A stretch of 64,000 nucleotides of DNA, from positions 1,024,001 through 1,088,000 of the forward strand of contig CAWIKF010000002.1 in assembly GCA_963836755.1 (NCBI GenBank). Reading direction: 5' to 3'. The position numbers and the translations under genes were made by a program. The notes below the pieces were generated by a model that was not told where the DNA came from, did no database searches, and saw only the letters and a program-made list of their open reading frames with translations. Source of the DNA: an uncultured Verrucomicrobiae bacterium. Lineage in GTDB: Bacteria; Verrucomicrobiota; Verrucomicrobiia; Chthoniobacterales; Chthoniobacteraceae. This document shows positions 19,559 to 28,850 of the stretch, in pieces (position 1 is the stretch's first letter; each line of letters starts with the position of its first letter).

Positions 19559-20398
19559 ATGGTCGAAACCGTCGGTAAAAAACTCGAGCTGGCTCGCAAG
19601 CGCAAACAAATCTCCATCGAGGAAGCCGCACGCGCCACGCGCATGCGCCCGGACAAAATCCTCGACCTCGAAAAGGACAACTACACGAACTTTCCGAACA
19701 TGACTTACGCGAAGGGCTTCCTGCTCATCTACGCGAAGTTTTTGAACGTTGAGGTCAGCGACTTTGCCGACACCCTCGCGACCACGAACCCGGTCGGCAT
19801 CGAGGATTACGAGTATCTCAACGCCAGCGAACGCCGCGTCCCGCACGCCGCGCATCGCGCTCCGCGGCCCGCGCTCTGGCCGTTCTTCATGGTGATGGCC
19901 GTCGTCTTCGGCGCGATCTGCGTGATGTATTTCATCCTCACGCTCAAGCGCATCGCCGCGCCCGACACCAGCGACATCGCGCTCCTCGCCTCGCCATCGC
20001 CGCTGCCATCGGCGTCGCCTCAGGCGTCGGTCGAAGTTCGCCGCGTCTCGGCCGTTGCTTCGCCGCTCGCGATGGCCGCAACTCCCGCGCCGTCCGCGAT
20101 TCCCGCGCCGTCGGCGATGCCGACCGTTGCCTCCACGCCGGAGCCGACAGCGACGCCGACGCCTGTGCCGGTCTTGAAAGACGTGGCGCTGAAGCCGATC
20201 AAAAAAACGTGGGTGAAAGTCGTCAAAGATGTGCAAGATTCACCGCCCATCTTCGAAGATTATCTCTATCCCGATGCGCACGGCCTGAAGTTCCGCGGCT
20301 ACAAATTCTGGATCGACGTCCGTGAGAAGGACGCAGTGGAAATCACAAAAGATGGCGCGCCCGTCGCGATCGATGGGAACTCCGTCACCATCGAGTGA
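19559..20398 (+). CDS. rodZ: RodZ-like HTH membrane protein
   Basis: N-terminal HTH (YAKGFLLIYAKFL), single TM, Pro/Ala linker, C-terminal beta domain; ftsK-rodZ-rimO context. Confidence 0.8.
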   Translation: MVETVGKKLELARKRKQISIEEAARATRMRPDKILDLEKDNYTNFPNMTYAKGFLLIYAKFLNVEVSDFADTLATTNPVGIEDYEYLNASERRVPHAAHRAPRPALWPFFMVMAVVFGAICVMYFILTLKRIAAPDTSDIALLASPSPLPSASPQASVEVRRVSAVASPLAMAATPAPSAIPAPSAMPTVASTPEPTATPTPVPVLKDVALKPIKKTWVKVVKDVQDSPPIFEDYLYPDAHGLKFRGYKFWIDVREKDAVEITKDGAPVAIDGNSVTIE

Positions 20399-21786
20399 AT
20401 TCCAAAATCGAAACTCCAGATTCCAAAATCGCGAAGGTCGGCATGATCAGCCTCGGCTGCGCGAAAAATCTCGTCGATGCCGAGATCATGCTCGGCGGCG
20501 TCGCGCAAAACGGCATGCAAATCACCGCCGATGCGGACGACGCCGATGTGCTCATCGTCAACACCTGCGCGTTCATCGACTCGGCGAAGGAGGAATCGAT
20601 CGACGCCATCCTCGACGCGCATGCGCAGCGCGGCCTGCGCAAAAAACCGGGGCAAAAATTGATCGTCAGCGGTTGCATGGCGCAACGTTTTTCAAAAGAA
20701 CTCGCGCGCGAGATGCCGGAAGTCGATGCGTTCATCGGCCTCGACCAGGTCGCCGCTGCCGGAAACATCGTCAGCAACGTTTTAGCGGGTGAAAAATCCG
20801 CGCCGCTCGACCTCGTCACGCGCCGCCCGACTTACATTCCCGATTACGACACGCCGCGCTTCCGCCTCACCGCGCCGCACACGGCCTACGTCAAAATCGC
20901 CGAGGGGTGCAACCATCCGTGCAGCTTCTGCGTCATCCCGCAAATGCGCGGACGCCATCGCAGCCGCACCATCGAATCGGTCGTCGCCGAAGTGCGCGCG
21001 CTCGTCGCCGACGGCGTGCGCGAGATCAATTTGATCAGCCAGGACACCACCTATTTCGGCATGGATCTGTGGGAGCAGCGCGCGAACCCGACGCAGCCGG
21101 TCGATTCCAGCCGCGGGCCGACTTTGACGAAACTTTTACGCGCGTTGCAAAGCATCGACGGCGATTTCTGGATTCGGCTGCTCTACACGCATCCGGCGCA
21201 TTGGAGCGACGAGCTCATTGCCGCCATCGCCGAATGCGACAAAGTCGCCCGCTACATCGACATGCCGCTCCAGCACATTCACGGCGAGATGCTTGGCAAA
21301 ATGCGGCGCGAGACGACCAGCGAACACATCGAGCAGCTCATCGCGCGCATCCGCGCCGGCGTGCCCGGCATCGCGCTGCGCACCACCTTCATCGTCGGCT
21401 TTCCGGGCGAGACCGCGGAACATTTCGAGACGCTCCTCGCCTTCATCGAGCGGACGCGCTTCGAGCGGCTCGGAGTTTTTTCCTATTCGCAGGAGGAAGG
21501 CTCGCGCGCGGCGAAGATGGAGGGTCAAATTTCCGCGAAAATCAAAACCACGCGTTTCCAGCGTGCGATGAAGCTGCAGCAAAAGATCGCCCGCGAGCAT
21601 TCCGAGTCGATGATCGGCAGAACTTTGCGCGTGCTCGTGGAGAAACCGCTGCTCGCTCGCGGCGAATCTGACGCGCCCGAAGTGGACACGCAGATCATTT
21701 TGAAGACGCCGGCGCCCGTCGGCCAATTCGCGAACGTCCGCATCACCGGCACGCAAGTTTACGACCTCCTCGCCGAGCCGGCCTGA
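20395..21786 (+). CDS. rimO: Ribosomal protein S12 methylthiotransferase
   Basis: SLGCAKNLVD, radical-SAM CNHPCSFC, APEVD and TRAM-like C-terminus. Confidence 0.95.
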   Translation: MNSKIETPDSKIAKVGMISLGCAKNLVDAEIMLGGVAQNGMQITADADDADVLIVNTCAFIDSAKEESIDAILDAHAQRGLRKKPGQKLIVSGCMAQRFSKELAREMPEVDAFIGLDQVAAAGNIVSNVLAGEKSAPLDLVTRRPTYIPDYDTPRFRLTAPHTAYVKIAEGCNHPCSFCVIPQMRGRHRSRTIESVVAEVRALVADGVREINLISQDTTYFGMDLWEQRANPTQPVDSSRGPTLTKLLRALQSIDGDFWIRLLYTHPAHWSDELIAAIAECDKVARYIDMPLQHIHGEMLGKMRRETTSEHIEQLIARIRAGVPGIALRTTFIVGFPGETAEHFETLLAFIERTRFERLGVFSYSQEEGSRAAKMEGQISAKIKTTRFQRAMKLQQKIAREHSESMIGRTLRVLVEKPLLARGESDAPEVDTQIILKTPAPVGQFANVRITGTQVYDLLAEPA

Positions 21787-21795
21787 GCGCAGGAG

Positions 21796-22030
21796 GAGGT
21801 TTCGAAAACCAATCCCGGTCTTCTCGACACCTCGGCTTCCCTCGACGAGACCTCGGACGGGGCTTTGCGCGACCTCCATTGCCCTTTCCGAGACCAAATT
21901 GCCCTCGCGGAGAGAAAGATTGCCCTCCGCGAGACCAAATTATCCGTCGCCGAGACCAAATTTGCCCTTTGGAAGGCCTCCATTGCCCTCGCGAAGCTCG
22001 AAAGAGCCCTCGCCGAGACCTCCCCCGGCG
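21796..22030. repeat. Degenerate 21-bp-period repeat array (consensus about gccctcgccgagaccaaattt)
   Basis: Unit starts at 21901, 21922, 21943, 21964, 21985 and 22006 (exact 21-bp spacing). More decayed units with small indels extend back to about 21796. Confidence 0.85.
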
Positions 22031-22062
22031 TTAGCCAGGGCAATCCGGCCCGTCAGAACCTG

Positions 22063-22542
22063 CTACTTTGCAGGAGCTTGCCCCGGTTTTGCGGGCGTCG
22101 CCCGGCCCGGATACCGCGTCGCGAGGTCGGTGTGGATGTCGCCCGCGCTGGCCGCGCCGTGCTTGGCGGCTTCGGCCGTGTTGTTATAGTAGGCGAGGTC
22201 GGCATACATGATTTCGTTGCCGATCACGTTGAAAGTATCGTCGGCCTTTTCCACCAGCAGGCGGAGTCGGGGCAAAAACTTCTGGAATTGCGCGCGCGCC
22301 GTCCGGTCCTTGGTGACCTCGGCGGGGTTCACGAAGCTGGGGAGAAACTGCGGGTTGCTCGCCATGTAGCCCTCGGCTTTTTCGTCAAAAGCGACCGATT
22401 TTTCGCCCAACAGCACCGTGTCATCGCCCGCGTCGCGGCTGATGAGGAAGTTGAGGACCGACTCGATGCCTGCAATATGGGCGTTTACGTCGGTAACATT
22501 CTGGTCGGTGATGGTGACGGAGATGCGGTTTTGGTTGGGCAT
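22063..22542 (-). CDS. Orphan conserved-hypothetical all-helical protein (159 aa)
   Basis: Protein-like composition (QNRISVTIT...GEKSVAFDEKA...NPQFLPSF...DDT...LAYY...DLATRY); codon bias favours this strand. Confidence 0.8.
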   Translation of the reverse strand: MPNQNRISVTITDQNVTDVNAHIAGIESVLNFLISRDAGDDTVLLGEKSVAFDEKAEGYMASNPQFLPSFVNPAEVTKDRTARAQFQKFLPRLRLLVEKADDTFNVIGNEIMYADLAYYNNTAEAAKHGAASAGDIHTDLATRYPGRATPAKPGQAPAK

Positions 22543-22644
22543 AGGTGAGGACGGTTCTGTTGAACAAACGAGTTGAGGTCAAGGGAAATCCGGCCCCGAG
22601 CGGGCGCGTTTCAATACCAAAACAGATTCTTTCGGTGACTTCCT

Positions 22645-24417
22645 TCAAAGGTTCCGGCTCACCGCGCGCCACACCGCGCGGGCGATGAAGAAATCGGCGA
22701 CCGCCGAAAAAATGCACGTCAGGACGATGAGTTCGCTGTTGTGGACGTCGTCGTAGTTTCGCGTCCAGAAGTGCAGTGCAATTCCGGCATTGAAGATTAA
22801 AAATGCAATGGCCACATCCAGCGCGAGCAGCGGGAACAGCAGCCCATCGAAAACCGCGAGCCACAGGCCATGAAGTTTGCCAGCCGAGCGCCGAATTTGC
22901 GTGACGGAAATCCAGCCGAAAATTGTCGTGTTAACGGCAAACAACAGCGCCACCAACTGGAAGATGCCGATCAACAAACGAACCCCTCGTTCAGAAAGAT
23001 CAAGCGGACCAATCAAGGCCGGGCCGATGACGACAATGGCGAAAGGCAGAATGGCAAGACACGCGCCCACAATGGCCGTGCGCGAGAAGCGCGGGGTCGA
23101 AATCACCTCCGCGTGCGTCTCGCGGGGGAGGTTCGGTTTTTGCTCAAATTTCCAGTCAAACTTCCACCCCGTTTTTTGACTGTAGCGTATCCCCACAAAA
23201 GCCGAGGCGATGATCAGAATGATGCACGCCTCGATCCAATGGTCCCAAGTTTTGCCATGGCCCGACCCGAGCAAAATCAGAATGAACGAGACGAGCCAAA
23301 ACAGGCGCCAGCCCCAGCGCTTGATTAAATCAACGTCGTCGTTGCTGTCGTCGTCGCGCGTGTCGGCGGCGGCTGGTTCGGACGCTGACTTGCGGCTGTC
23401 CGAGCCGGGATCGGCCGCGATCGTTTCGACCTGCGTTTTAAAAATGCTCGCCTGCTGGTAACGGCGGTCGGGATCTTTTTCCAAGGCGCGCAGCACCACT
23501 TCATCGAGCCGCACGTCGATCTGCACTTTGCGGGAGGGCGGCTCGATGCGTTTCGCGGGAAGCTCGCCGGTCAGCATTTGGTAAAAGACAACGCCGAGCG
23601 CGTAAATGTCCGCGCGGTGATCGACTGCCCCGGGATGCTCGGTCTGCTCCGGCGCCATGTAGTTCGGCGTGCCGATGACTTTGCCGGCCTCGGTCAATTC
23701 CGCTGCAGCGCCGGTGTGTGACCGCCGCAAGTTTTCGTCGTCCGAATCCCGAGCCTCAGTGGCTGCCGCTACGATTTTCGCAACTCCGAAGTCTGCGATT
23801 TTCACTTGTCCCTCTTTGTTTAACAAAATGTTTTCGGGCTTGATGTCGCGATGAACGATGCCGTGGTCGTGCGCGAACTGAAGCGCATCACAAATCTGCG
23901 GGACGATCGCGAGCGCCTCGCGCGGCGAGATGCGCTCGCCATGCAAGAGCTGGCGCAGGTTTACGCCGTCCACAAATTCCATGAGGAAGTAGTAAAGTGG
24001 AGAGCCGCTTTCTTCGCGGATGGCGGTCTGGCCGAACTCGTAGAGCGTGACGATGTGTGGATGATGCAGCTTCGCGAGCGCCTTCGCTTCGCGCGCAAAT
24101 CGCGCCGCGAACGCCGGATCATCGCCGATGCCGGGCGGCAGAATTTTCAGCGCGACGAGCCGGTCGAGCTGTTTTTGGCGCGCTTTGTAGACCGCGCCCA
24201 TTCCGCCTTTGCCGATGAGTTCCAAAATCTCGAGCTGCGGAAAATGCGGCGCGAGTTCCGCGGGTGCGGGCGGCTGAAAGGCGCGCAATTTTTCCAGATG
24301 CGCTTCGTCGGTGATCGCGCCGAAACCCGCGCTCAGCAAGCATTCCGGGCAGATGCCCATCGGCGCGTCGGCGGGCAGCGGCTTTCCGCAGGTGGGGCAG
24401 GTGATGACGGTATTCAT
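22645..24417 (-). CDS. Membrane Ser/Thr protein kinase with N-terminal zinc ribbon
   Basis: CPTC/CPEC, GKGGMGAVY, HRDIKPEN, DFG and GTPNYMAPE motifs; several C-terminal TMs. Confidence 0.95.
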   Translation of the reverse strand: MNTVITCPTCGKPLPADAPMGICPECLLSAGFGAITDEAHLEKLRAFQPPAPAELAPHFPQLEILELIGKGGMGAVYKARQKQLDRLVALKILPPGIGDDPAFAARFAREAKALAKLHHPHIVTLYEFGQTAIREESGSPLYYFLMEFVDGVNLRQLLHGERISPREALAIVPQICDALQFAHDHGIVHRDIKPENILLNKEGQVKIADFGVAKIVAAATEARDSDDENLRRSHTGAAAELTEAGKVIGTPNYMAPEQTEHPGAVDHRADIYALGVVFYQMLTGELPAKRIEPPSRKVQIDVRLDEVVLRALEKDPDRRYQQASIFKTQVETIAADPGSDSRKSASEPAAADTRDDDSNDDVDLIKRWGWRLFWLVSFILILLGSGHGKTWDHWIEACIILIIASAFVGIRYSQKTGWKFDWKFEQKPNLPRETHAEVISTPRFSRTAIVGACLAILPFAIVVIGPALIGPLDLSERGVRLLIGIFQLVALLFAVNTTIFGWISVTQIRRSAGKLHGLWLAVFDGLLFPLLALDVAIAFLIFNAGIALHFWTRNYDDVHNSELIVLTCIFSAVADFFIARAVWRAVSRNL

Positions 24418-24467
24418 GGCTTCACCCGATCAGAGGGAGCGCGCGGAAAATGTTACACGCCGCGCGT

Positions 24468-25190
24468 TCAGCGTGAAAGAATCCGCCGCAGATATTGCAG
24501 TTCCTCGAGCATTTCCTCCTCGCTGGAAACCGTGTGCAGAAGCTCCTCGCGCAGCGCCACGCGATATCGCCGCCGCAGCCGGTGGATCGCCACCCGCACC
24601 GCTGCCTCGCTCATTTCCAGCCGCGCCGCGAGTTCGCAGGACGGCGTCTCGCTCTTCTCGCCAGCCAGCGCAAAACGCAATTCGGCGAAAAGTTTTCCGC
24701 GCCCCGATTCCTCGTATTCCCGGGCCAGACGCTGCATCACGGTTTCGAGCAGCGTCAGCGCCCATTGCCGCTCAAAGGCTTGATCGGGCGAAAGCGCGCC
24801 GCTCGGCACGGAGCGATAGCGTTCCTCCGCCGCGGTCGAATCGAGCGAAAAAGAAAGCCGCGCATCGCGCTTGGCCGCGAATGCAAAGTCGCGCTCATCG
24901 GCGAGAAAATGTTTGAGCGACGCGAGCAGAAACGCGCGGAATTTCCCGTGCGCCTCGTTGACATTTCCCAGCGAATCGAGCCGCAGCAGCCGCGCAAAAA
25001 ATCCCTGCGTCGCATCGCTCGCGTCGTCCGGCGAGCGTCCGGTGCGGCGCACATAGGCATAGAGCGGATACCAGTAAGTCTGGCAAAGCTCGGCCAGCGC
25101 TGCATGCGCGCCGGTCGTGTCCGCGCCGCGCGCGCGCCGGATCGTCGTCCAGCGCGTGGTGACGAACAAATCATCCGCGTGATTTTTCAT
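24468..25190 (-). CDS. ECF sigma-70 factor associated with the Ser/Thr kinase
   Basis: YWYPLYAYVRR and KFRAFLL (region 2), AVRVAIHRLRRRY (region 4); directly upstream of the kinase. Confidence 0.9.
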   Translation of the reverse strand: MKNHADDLFVTTRWTTIRRARGADTTGAHAALAELCQTYWYPLYAYVRRTGRSPDDASDATQGFFARLLRLDSLGNVNEAHGKFRAFLLASLKHFLADERDFAFAAKRDARLSFSLDSTAAEERYRSVPSGALSPDQAFERQWALTLLETVMQRLAREYEESGRGKLFAELRFALAGEKSETPSCELAARLEMSEAAVRVAIHRLRRRYRVALREELLHTVSSEEEMLEELQYLRRILSR

Positions 25191-25373
25191 GAGCTAAAAA
25201 TGCGGCATGGGAAAATTCTCTCACAGATCTTCATCGGCATTTGCTCGGAAATGTTACCGCACACCAGCGGCAACGCCGAGGCGCTTCATCCGAATCGGAA
25301 CTTTTACAATTCCTTAAACATTTTTTCCGCGACGAAGAATCGGGTGAATGGTTCGTTACTAAAATTCCTCATC

Positions 25374-26081
25374 ATGCACGAAAATCCTGCTTCACTTTCG
25401 CGGCGTCATTTTCTGCGCACCGCCAGTCTCGCGGCTGGCTTCTTCACCGTGCGCGGCACCTTTGCGGAAGAGCTTTCGCGGCAAACGGCGTGGGTCACGG
25501 AAGGCCCGTTTTATCCGCCAAAACTTCCGCTCGATACCGACAATGATTTGCTGATCATCAATGACGCGATCACGCCCGCGGTCGGCGAGATCGCGCACGT
25601 GAGCGGGCGGTTGCTCGATGCGAAGGGCAGCCCGGTCAGGAACGCGGTCGTCGAGATTTGGCAGTGCGACAGCGCGAAGGTTTATCTCGCCGAGCGCGAC
25701 AAGCGGGAAAAGTTTGATGCCAATTTCCAGGGCTTCGGGCGATTCCTCACCGGCTCGACCGGCGAGTATTATTTCCGCACCATCAAGCCGGTGCCGTATC
25801 CGGGCCGGCCCGCGCCGCACATCCATTTCAAGGTCAAATCGAAAGGCACCGAGCCGTGGACGACGCAGCTTTTCATCAAGGGCTTCCCCGGCAACGCACG
25901 CGACGGCGTCTATGGCGGCATCGGCGATGCGAGGGCGCAGGAGACGGTGACGACGGATTTCGTGCCGGTGAAAGATTCGCGCATCGGCGAAGTCGCGGCG
26001 CGGTTCGACATTATCTCTGGCGCGACGCCGCGCGAGGAACACGATCAAGGCCCCGGTTTTGGCCGGCCGCCTGGCCGCTAA
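25374..26081 (+). CDS. Tat-exported intradiol ring-cleavage dioxygenase-like protein
   Basis: SRRHFL Tat motif; TEGPFYP, EIWQCD, FRTIKPVPY and PHIHFKV motifs. Confidence 0.88.
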   Translation: MHENPASLSRRHFLRTASLAAGFFTVRGTFAEELSRQTAWVTEGPFYPPKLPLDTDNDLLIINDAITPAVGEIAHVSGRLLDAKGSPVRNAVVEIWQCDSAKVYLAERDKREKFDANFQGFGRFLTGSTGEYYFRTIKPVPYPGRPAPHIHFKVKSKGTEPWTTQLFIKGFPGNARDGVYGGIGDARAQETVTTDFVPVKDSRIGEVAARFDIISGATPREEHDQGPGFGRPPGR

Positions 26082-26094
26082 TTTTAGACAGTTT

Positions 26095-26883
26095 TTAAAA
26101 ACACGACCGCACGACGCCGCCGTCCACGCGCAACGCCGCGCCATTCGTCGCCGACGAGCGCGTGCTGCAAACATAAACCACCAGATTCGCGACCTCCTCT
26201 GTCGCGGCAAAGCGCCGCAGCAGCGAAGTCGGGCGCGCGGTTTTGAAAAACTCCTCCTCGAATTCCGCAAACGGCTTTCCGCCGCTGAGCTGCTTTACGA
26301 ATTCACTCACCCCTTCCGACCGCGTCGGCCCCGGCAGCACCGCATTCACCGTCACGCCGGTGCCCGCGCACGTCTCGGCCAGGCCGCGCGACACGGCGAG
26401 CTGCGCGGTTTTCGTCATGCCGTAGTGGATCATCTCGGTCGGAATCTGCACGCCGCTTTCGCTGCTGATGAAAACGATGCGGCCCCAGTTTTTCGCCTTC
26501 ATCGCCGGCAGATACGCGCGGCTCAGCCGGACGCCGCTCAGCACATTCACGTCGAAAAATCGCTGCCAGTCCGCGTCCGGGATTTCCTCGAACGGCTTCG
26601 GCTCGAAAATGCCGAGGTTATTGACGAGGATGTCCACCGCCGGGAATTGCGCGACGAGTTTTTCCACAACGGCGGCGTCCGTGAGATCGCCCGCGAAACT
26701 TTCCAGCTTTGCCTCCGGCGCGCCGTCTCGGATTTTCGCGAGCGCCTCGTCCACCGATTTTTGCGAGCGTCCGTTGACGATCACGCGCGCACCTTCGCGC
26801 GCGAGGCCGGTGGCGATGGCGAGCCCGATCCCTTTGCTGGAACCGGAAACCAGCGCGAGCTTTTCAGTCAATTCGAAGTCCAT
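26095..26883 (-). CDS. SDR-family oxidoreductase
   Basis: GSSKGIG, NNLG and YGMTK motifs. Confidence 0.93.
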   Translation of the reverse strand: MDFELTEKLALVSGSSKGIGLAIATGLAREGARVIVNGRSQKSVDEALAKIRDGAPEAKLESFAGDLTDAAVVEKLVAQFPAVDILVNNLGIFEPKPFEEIPDADWQRFFDVNVLSGVRLSRAYLPAMKAKNWGRIVFISSESGVQIPTEMIHYGMTKTAQLAVSRGLAETCAGTGVTVNAVLPGPTRSEGVSEFVKQLSGGKPFAEFEEEFFKTARPTSLLRRFAATEEVANLVVYVCSTRSSATNGAALRVDGGVVRSCF

Positions 26884-26908
26884 GCGGCAAATCTTACATC
26901 TGCGGCCG

Positions 26909-26984
26909 GCTCGTCAATCGCGGCCGCTAATGCGCTGGATCGGCTCGACGATTTAGATGGCGTCAAAGTCGGCGCCTTTTGAGC
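26909..26984. repeat. Decayed direct-repeat copy of the asd 3' end plus downstream DNA (partner 27427-27501)
   Basis: Manual alignment shows about 11 mismatches and 1 gap over 76 nt. Confidence 0.85.
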
Positions 26985-27068
26985 CAGCACCTTGGTCACA
27001 ATGGACGTTATCCTCGACAAATGCGCATTCTATGACGCATGGGGAGTCTCCTTCTTGTTAGGCATATC

Positions 27069-27413
27069 ATGACGTTCAGCGTGGTAATCCTTGCAGCTGT
27101 TCTGATCTGCATCGCGGTCGTGATGTTTCTCTTCGTGTCCGTTCATTGCGCGTTGAATCGCCTTTGTGTGCGGCACGGTCGCGCGTTCTGCAAACGAAAC
27201 GGCTTCGACGTTCGCCGCGTGCGGTGGCGGCCGGCTTTTAAGTCAAATGGCGTCAAAACCGAATCCACATTTGTGCAAGTAGATTGCATCGATTCGCACC
27301 AACAGCGTCGATTGCTTTCGCTTCTTGTGTGGCCTTTCGGTTTCCGCAAGCTCGTGAGTAACGAAGCTTTTCCCGAGGCATCCGATGAACAGTGGCCGCA
27401 ACAACGCGCGTAA
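27069..27413 (+). CDS. Hypothetical membrane-anchored protein, integron-cassette-like
   Basis: GTTAGGC at 27057-27063 just before the ATG and GCGTAAC overlapping the stop; lower GC; N-terminal TM. Confidence 0.65.
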   Translation: MTFSVVILAAVLICIAVVMFLFVSVHCALNRLCVRHGRAFCKRNGFDVRRVRWRPAFKSNGVKTESTFVQVDCIDSHQQRRLLSLLVWPFGFRKLVSNEAFPEASDEQWPQQRA

Positions 27414-27452
27414 CCGCGTCGCAGCCGCTCGTCAATCGCGGCCGCTGATGCG

Positions 27453-28451
27453 CTAGATCAGCTCCGCGATTTGGACGGCGTTGAGGGCGGCGCCTTTGAG
27501 CAATTGGTCGCCGGCGATCCAGAAGGCGAGGGCGTTGTCGAGCGCACAGTCGATGCGGATGCGGCCGATTTCGCAGTCGTCCTGCTCGGCGACGTTGAGC
27601 GGCTGGGGGTATTCGTTGTTCGCGGGATCGTCGACGAGTTTGACGCCAGGTGCCTGCGCGATGGCGGCGCGCGCTTTTTCCACGGAGACGGGGCGCTCGA
27701 ACTCGGCGTTCAGCGCGACGGAGTGCGCGCGGTAAACGGGGACGCGCACGCAGGTCACGCTCGCGCGGAAGTCGGGCAGATGCATGATGCGACGGCCTTC
27801 GTTTTGCATTTTCATCTCCTCGCGTGTGTAGCCGGTGTCGAGGAAGGAATCGACGTGCGGGAGAACGTTGAAGGCGATCTGGTGCGGGTAAACTTTTTTC
27901 GTAATTGCGCGCTGGCCGGCGATGTCATCGACCTGCTGGCGCAATTCCTCGATGGCCTGCGCGCCAGTGCCGGAAACGGCTTGATAACTGGCCGCGATCA
28001 CTCGTTTCACACCGAACGCCTGGTGCAGCGGCCACAATCCCATGAGCGTGATCGCGGTGGTGCAGTTCGGGTTGGCGATGATGCCGCGGTTGCGCGCGAT
28101 GTCGGCGGCGTTGATTTCCGGGATGACGAGCGGGACGGTTTCGTCGCCGCGGAACGCCGAGGAATTGTCCACGACGACTGCGCCGGCCTGCACGGCGAAT
28201 GGCGCATACTGTTTCGAGATGCCCGCGCCGGCGCTGAATAACGCAATGTCCACCCCCGCGAAGGAATCCTCGCGCAACTCGAGCACCGGGATTTGTTCGC
28301 CTTGAAATTCCATCGTTTTGCCGGCGGAACGCGCGGAGGCGAGCAGCGTGAGTTTGCCGACGGGGAAGCGCCGTCTCGTCAGCGTCTTCATCAGCTCGAC
28401 TCCGACGGCGCCGGTGGCTCCGACGATTGCGACATGCAGTTTGCGGCTCAT
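27453..28451 (-). CDS. asd: Aspartate-semialdehyde dehydrogenase
   Basis: GATGAVG, DNSSAFR, NPNCTT and KGAALNAVQIAE motifs. Confidence 0.97.
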   Translation of the reverse strand: MSRKLHVAIVGATGAVGVELMKTLTRRRFPVGKLTLLASARSAGKTMEFQGEQIPVLELREDSFAGVDIALFSAGAGISKQYAPFAVQAGAVVVDNSSAFRGDETVPLVIPEINAADIARNRGIIANPNCTTAITLMGLWPLHQAFGVKRVIAASYQAVSGTGAQAIEELRQQVDDIAGQRAITKKVYPHQIAFNVLPHVDSFLDTGYTREEMKMQNEGRRIMHLPDFRASVTCVRVPVYRAHSVALNAEFERPVSVEKARAAIAQAPGVKLVDDPANNEYPQPLNVAEQDDCEIGRIRIDCALDNALAFWIAGDQLLKGAALNAVQIAELI

Positions 28452-28503
28452 AAAAAGGGACGAGATTCTATGCCGCGCGCGCCGATATGCAAGATGCGGG
28501 CGC

Positions 28504-28709
28504 TTACTCCGAGTCCCGCCGCTTGCGAATCGTCACCTGCCAGATCGTTGTCTTGCCGTCGTCGGAGCTGATTGGCTCAAACGTGAGATGCAGCGTGTAA
28601 TCGCCTGCGACTTCTTTTGGCTTGGCGTCAAACTAGATCGGGCCCGGATGCAAGTGCGACCCAAGGAATGGCGAAGAGTGATGCTTGAGAAGTGTATCGG
28701 GTGCTCATA
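28504..28709 (-). pseudogene. Possible degraded gene fragment (cassette remnant)
   Basis: Protein-like tail DAKPKEVAGDYTLHLTFEPISSDDGKTTIWQVTIRKRRDSE* is out of frame with an upstream ATG; low GC. Confidence 0.3.
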
Positions 28710-28819
28710 GCGGATGTGTTGAGGATGTGAATTGTGGAAATGCGTAGCTGCGCCTACCACATAATTAGGCCGACTGGTGTTGGTCTAGTCTCAAAGTCTG
28801 TGTCGGCGTAAGGGGGAGC

Positions 28820-28850
28820 GGAGCGGTTCGCTGCAGCGCGTGGTCAGGCG
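28820..28850 (-). mobile_element. Left half of an attC-like site (inverse core plus L'' box), truncated
   Basis: Minus strand reads cGCCTGACcacgcgctgcagcgaaccgc across the stop codon of the upstream gene. Confidence 0.55.

Noticed and set aside
24495..25373. N-terminal 293-aa extension of the dioxygenase ORF
   Set aside because: It is an antisense shadow of the ECF sigma gene; the Tat signal marks the true start at 25374.
26909..27501. Diversity-generating retroelement TR/VR pair
   Set aside because: Mismatches are not confined to adenines of one copy, one copy is the conserved asd end, and no reverse transcriptase is present.
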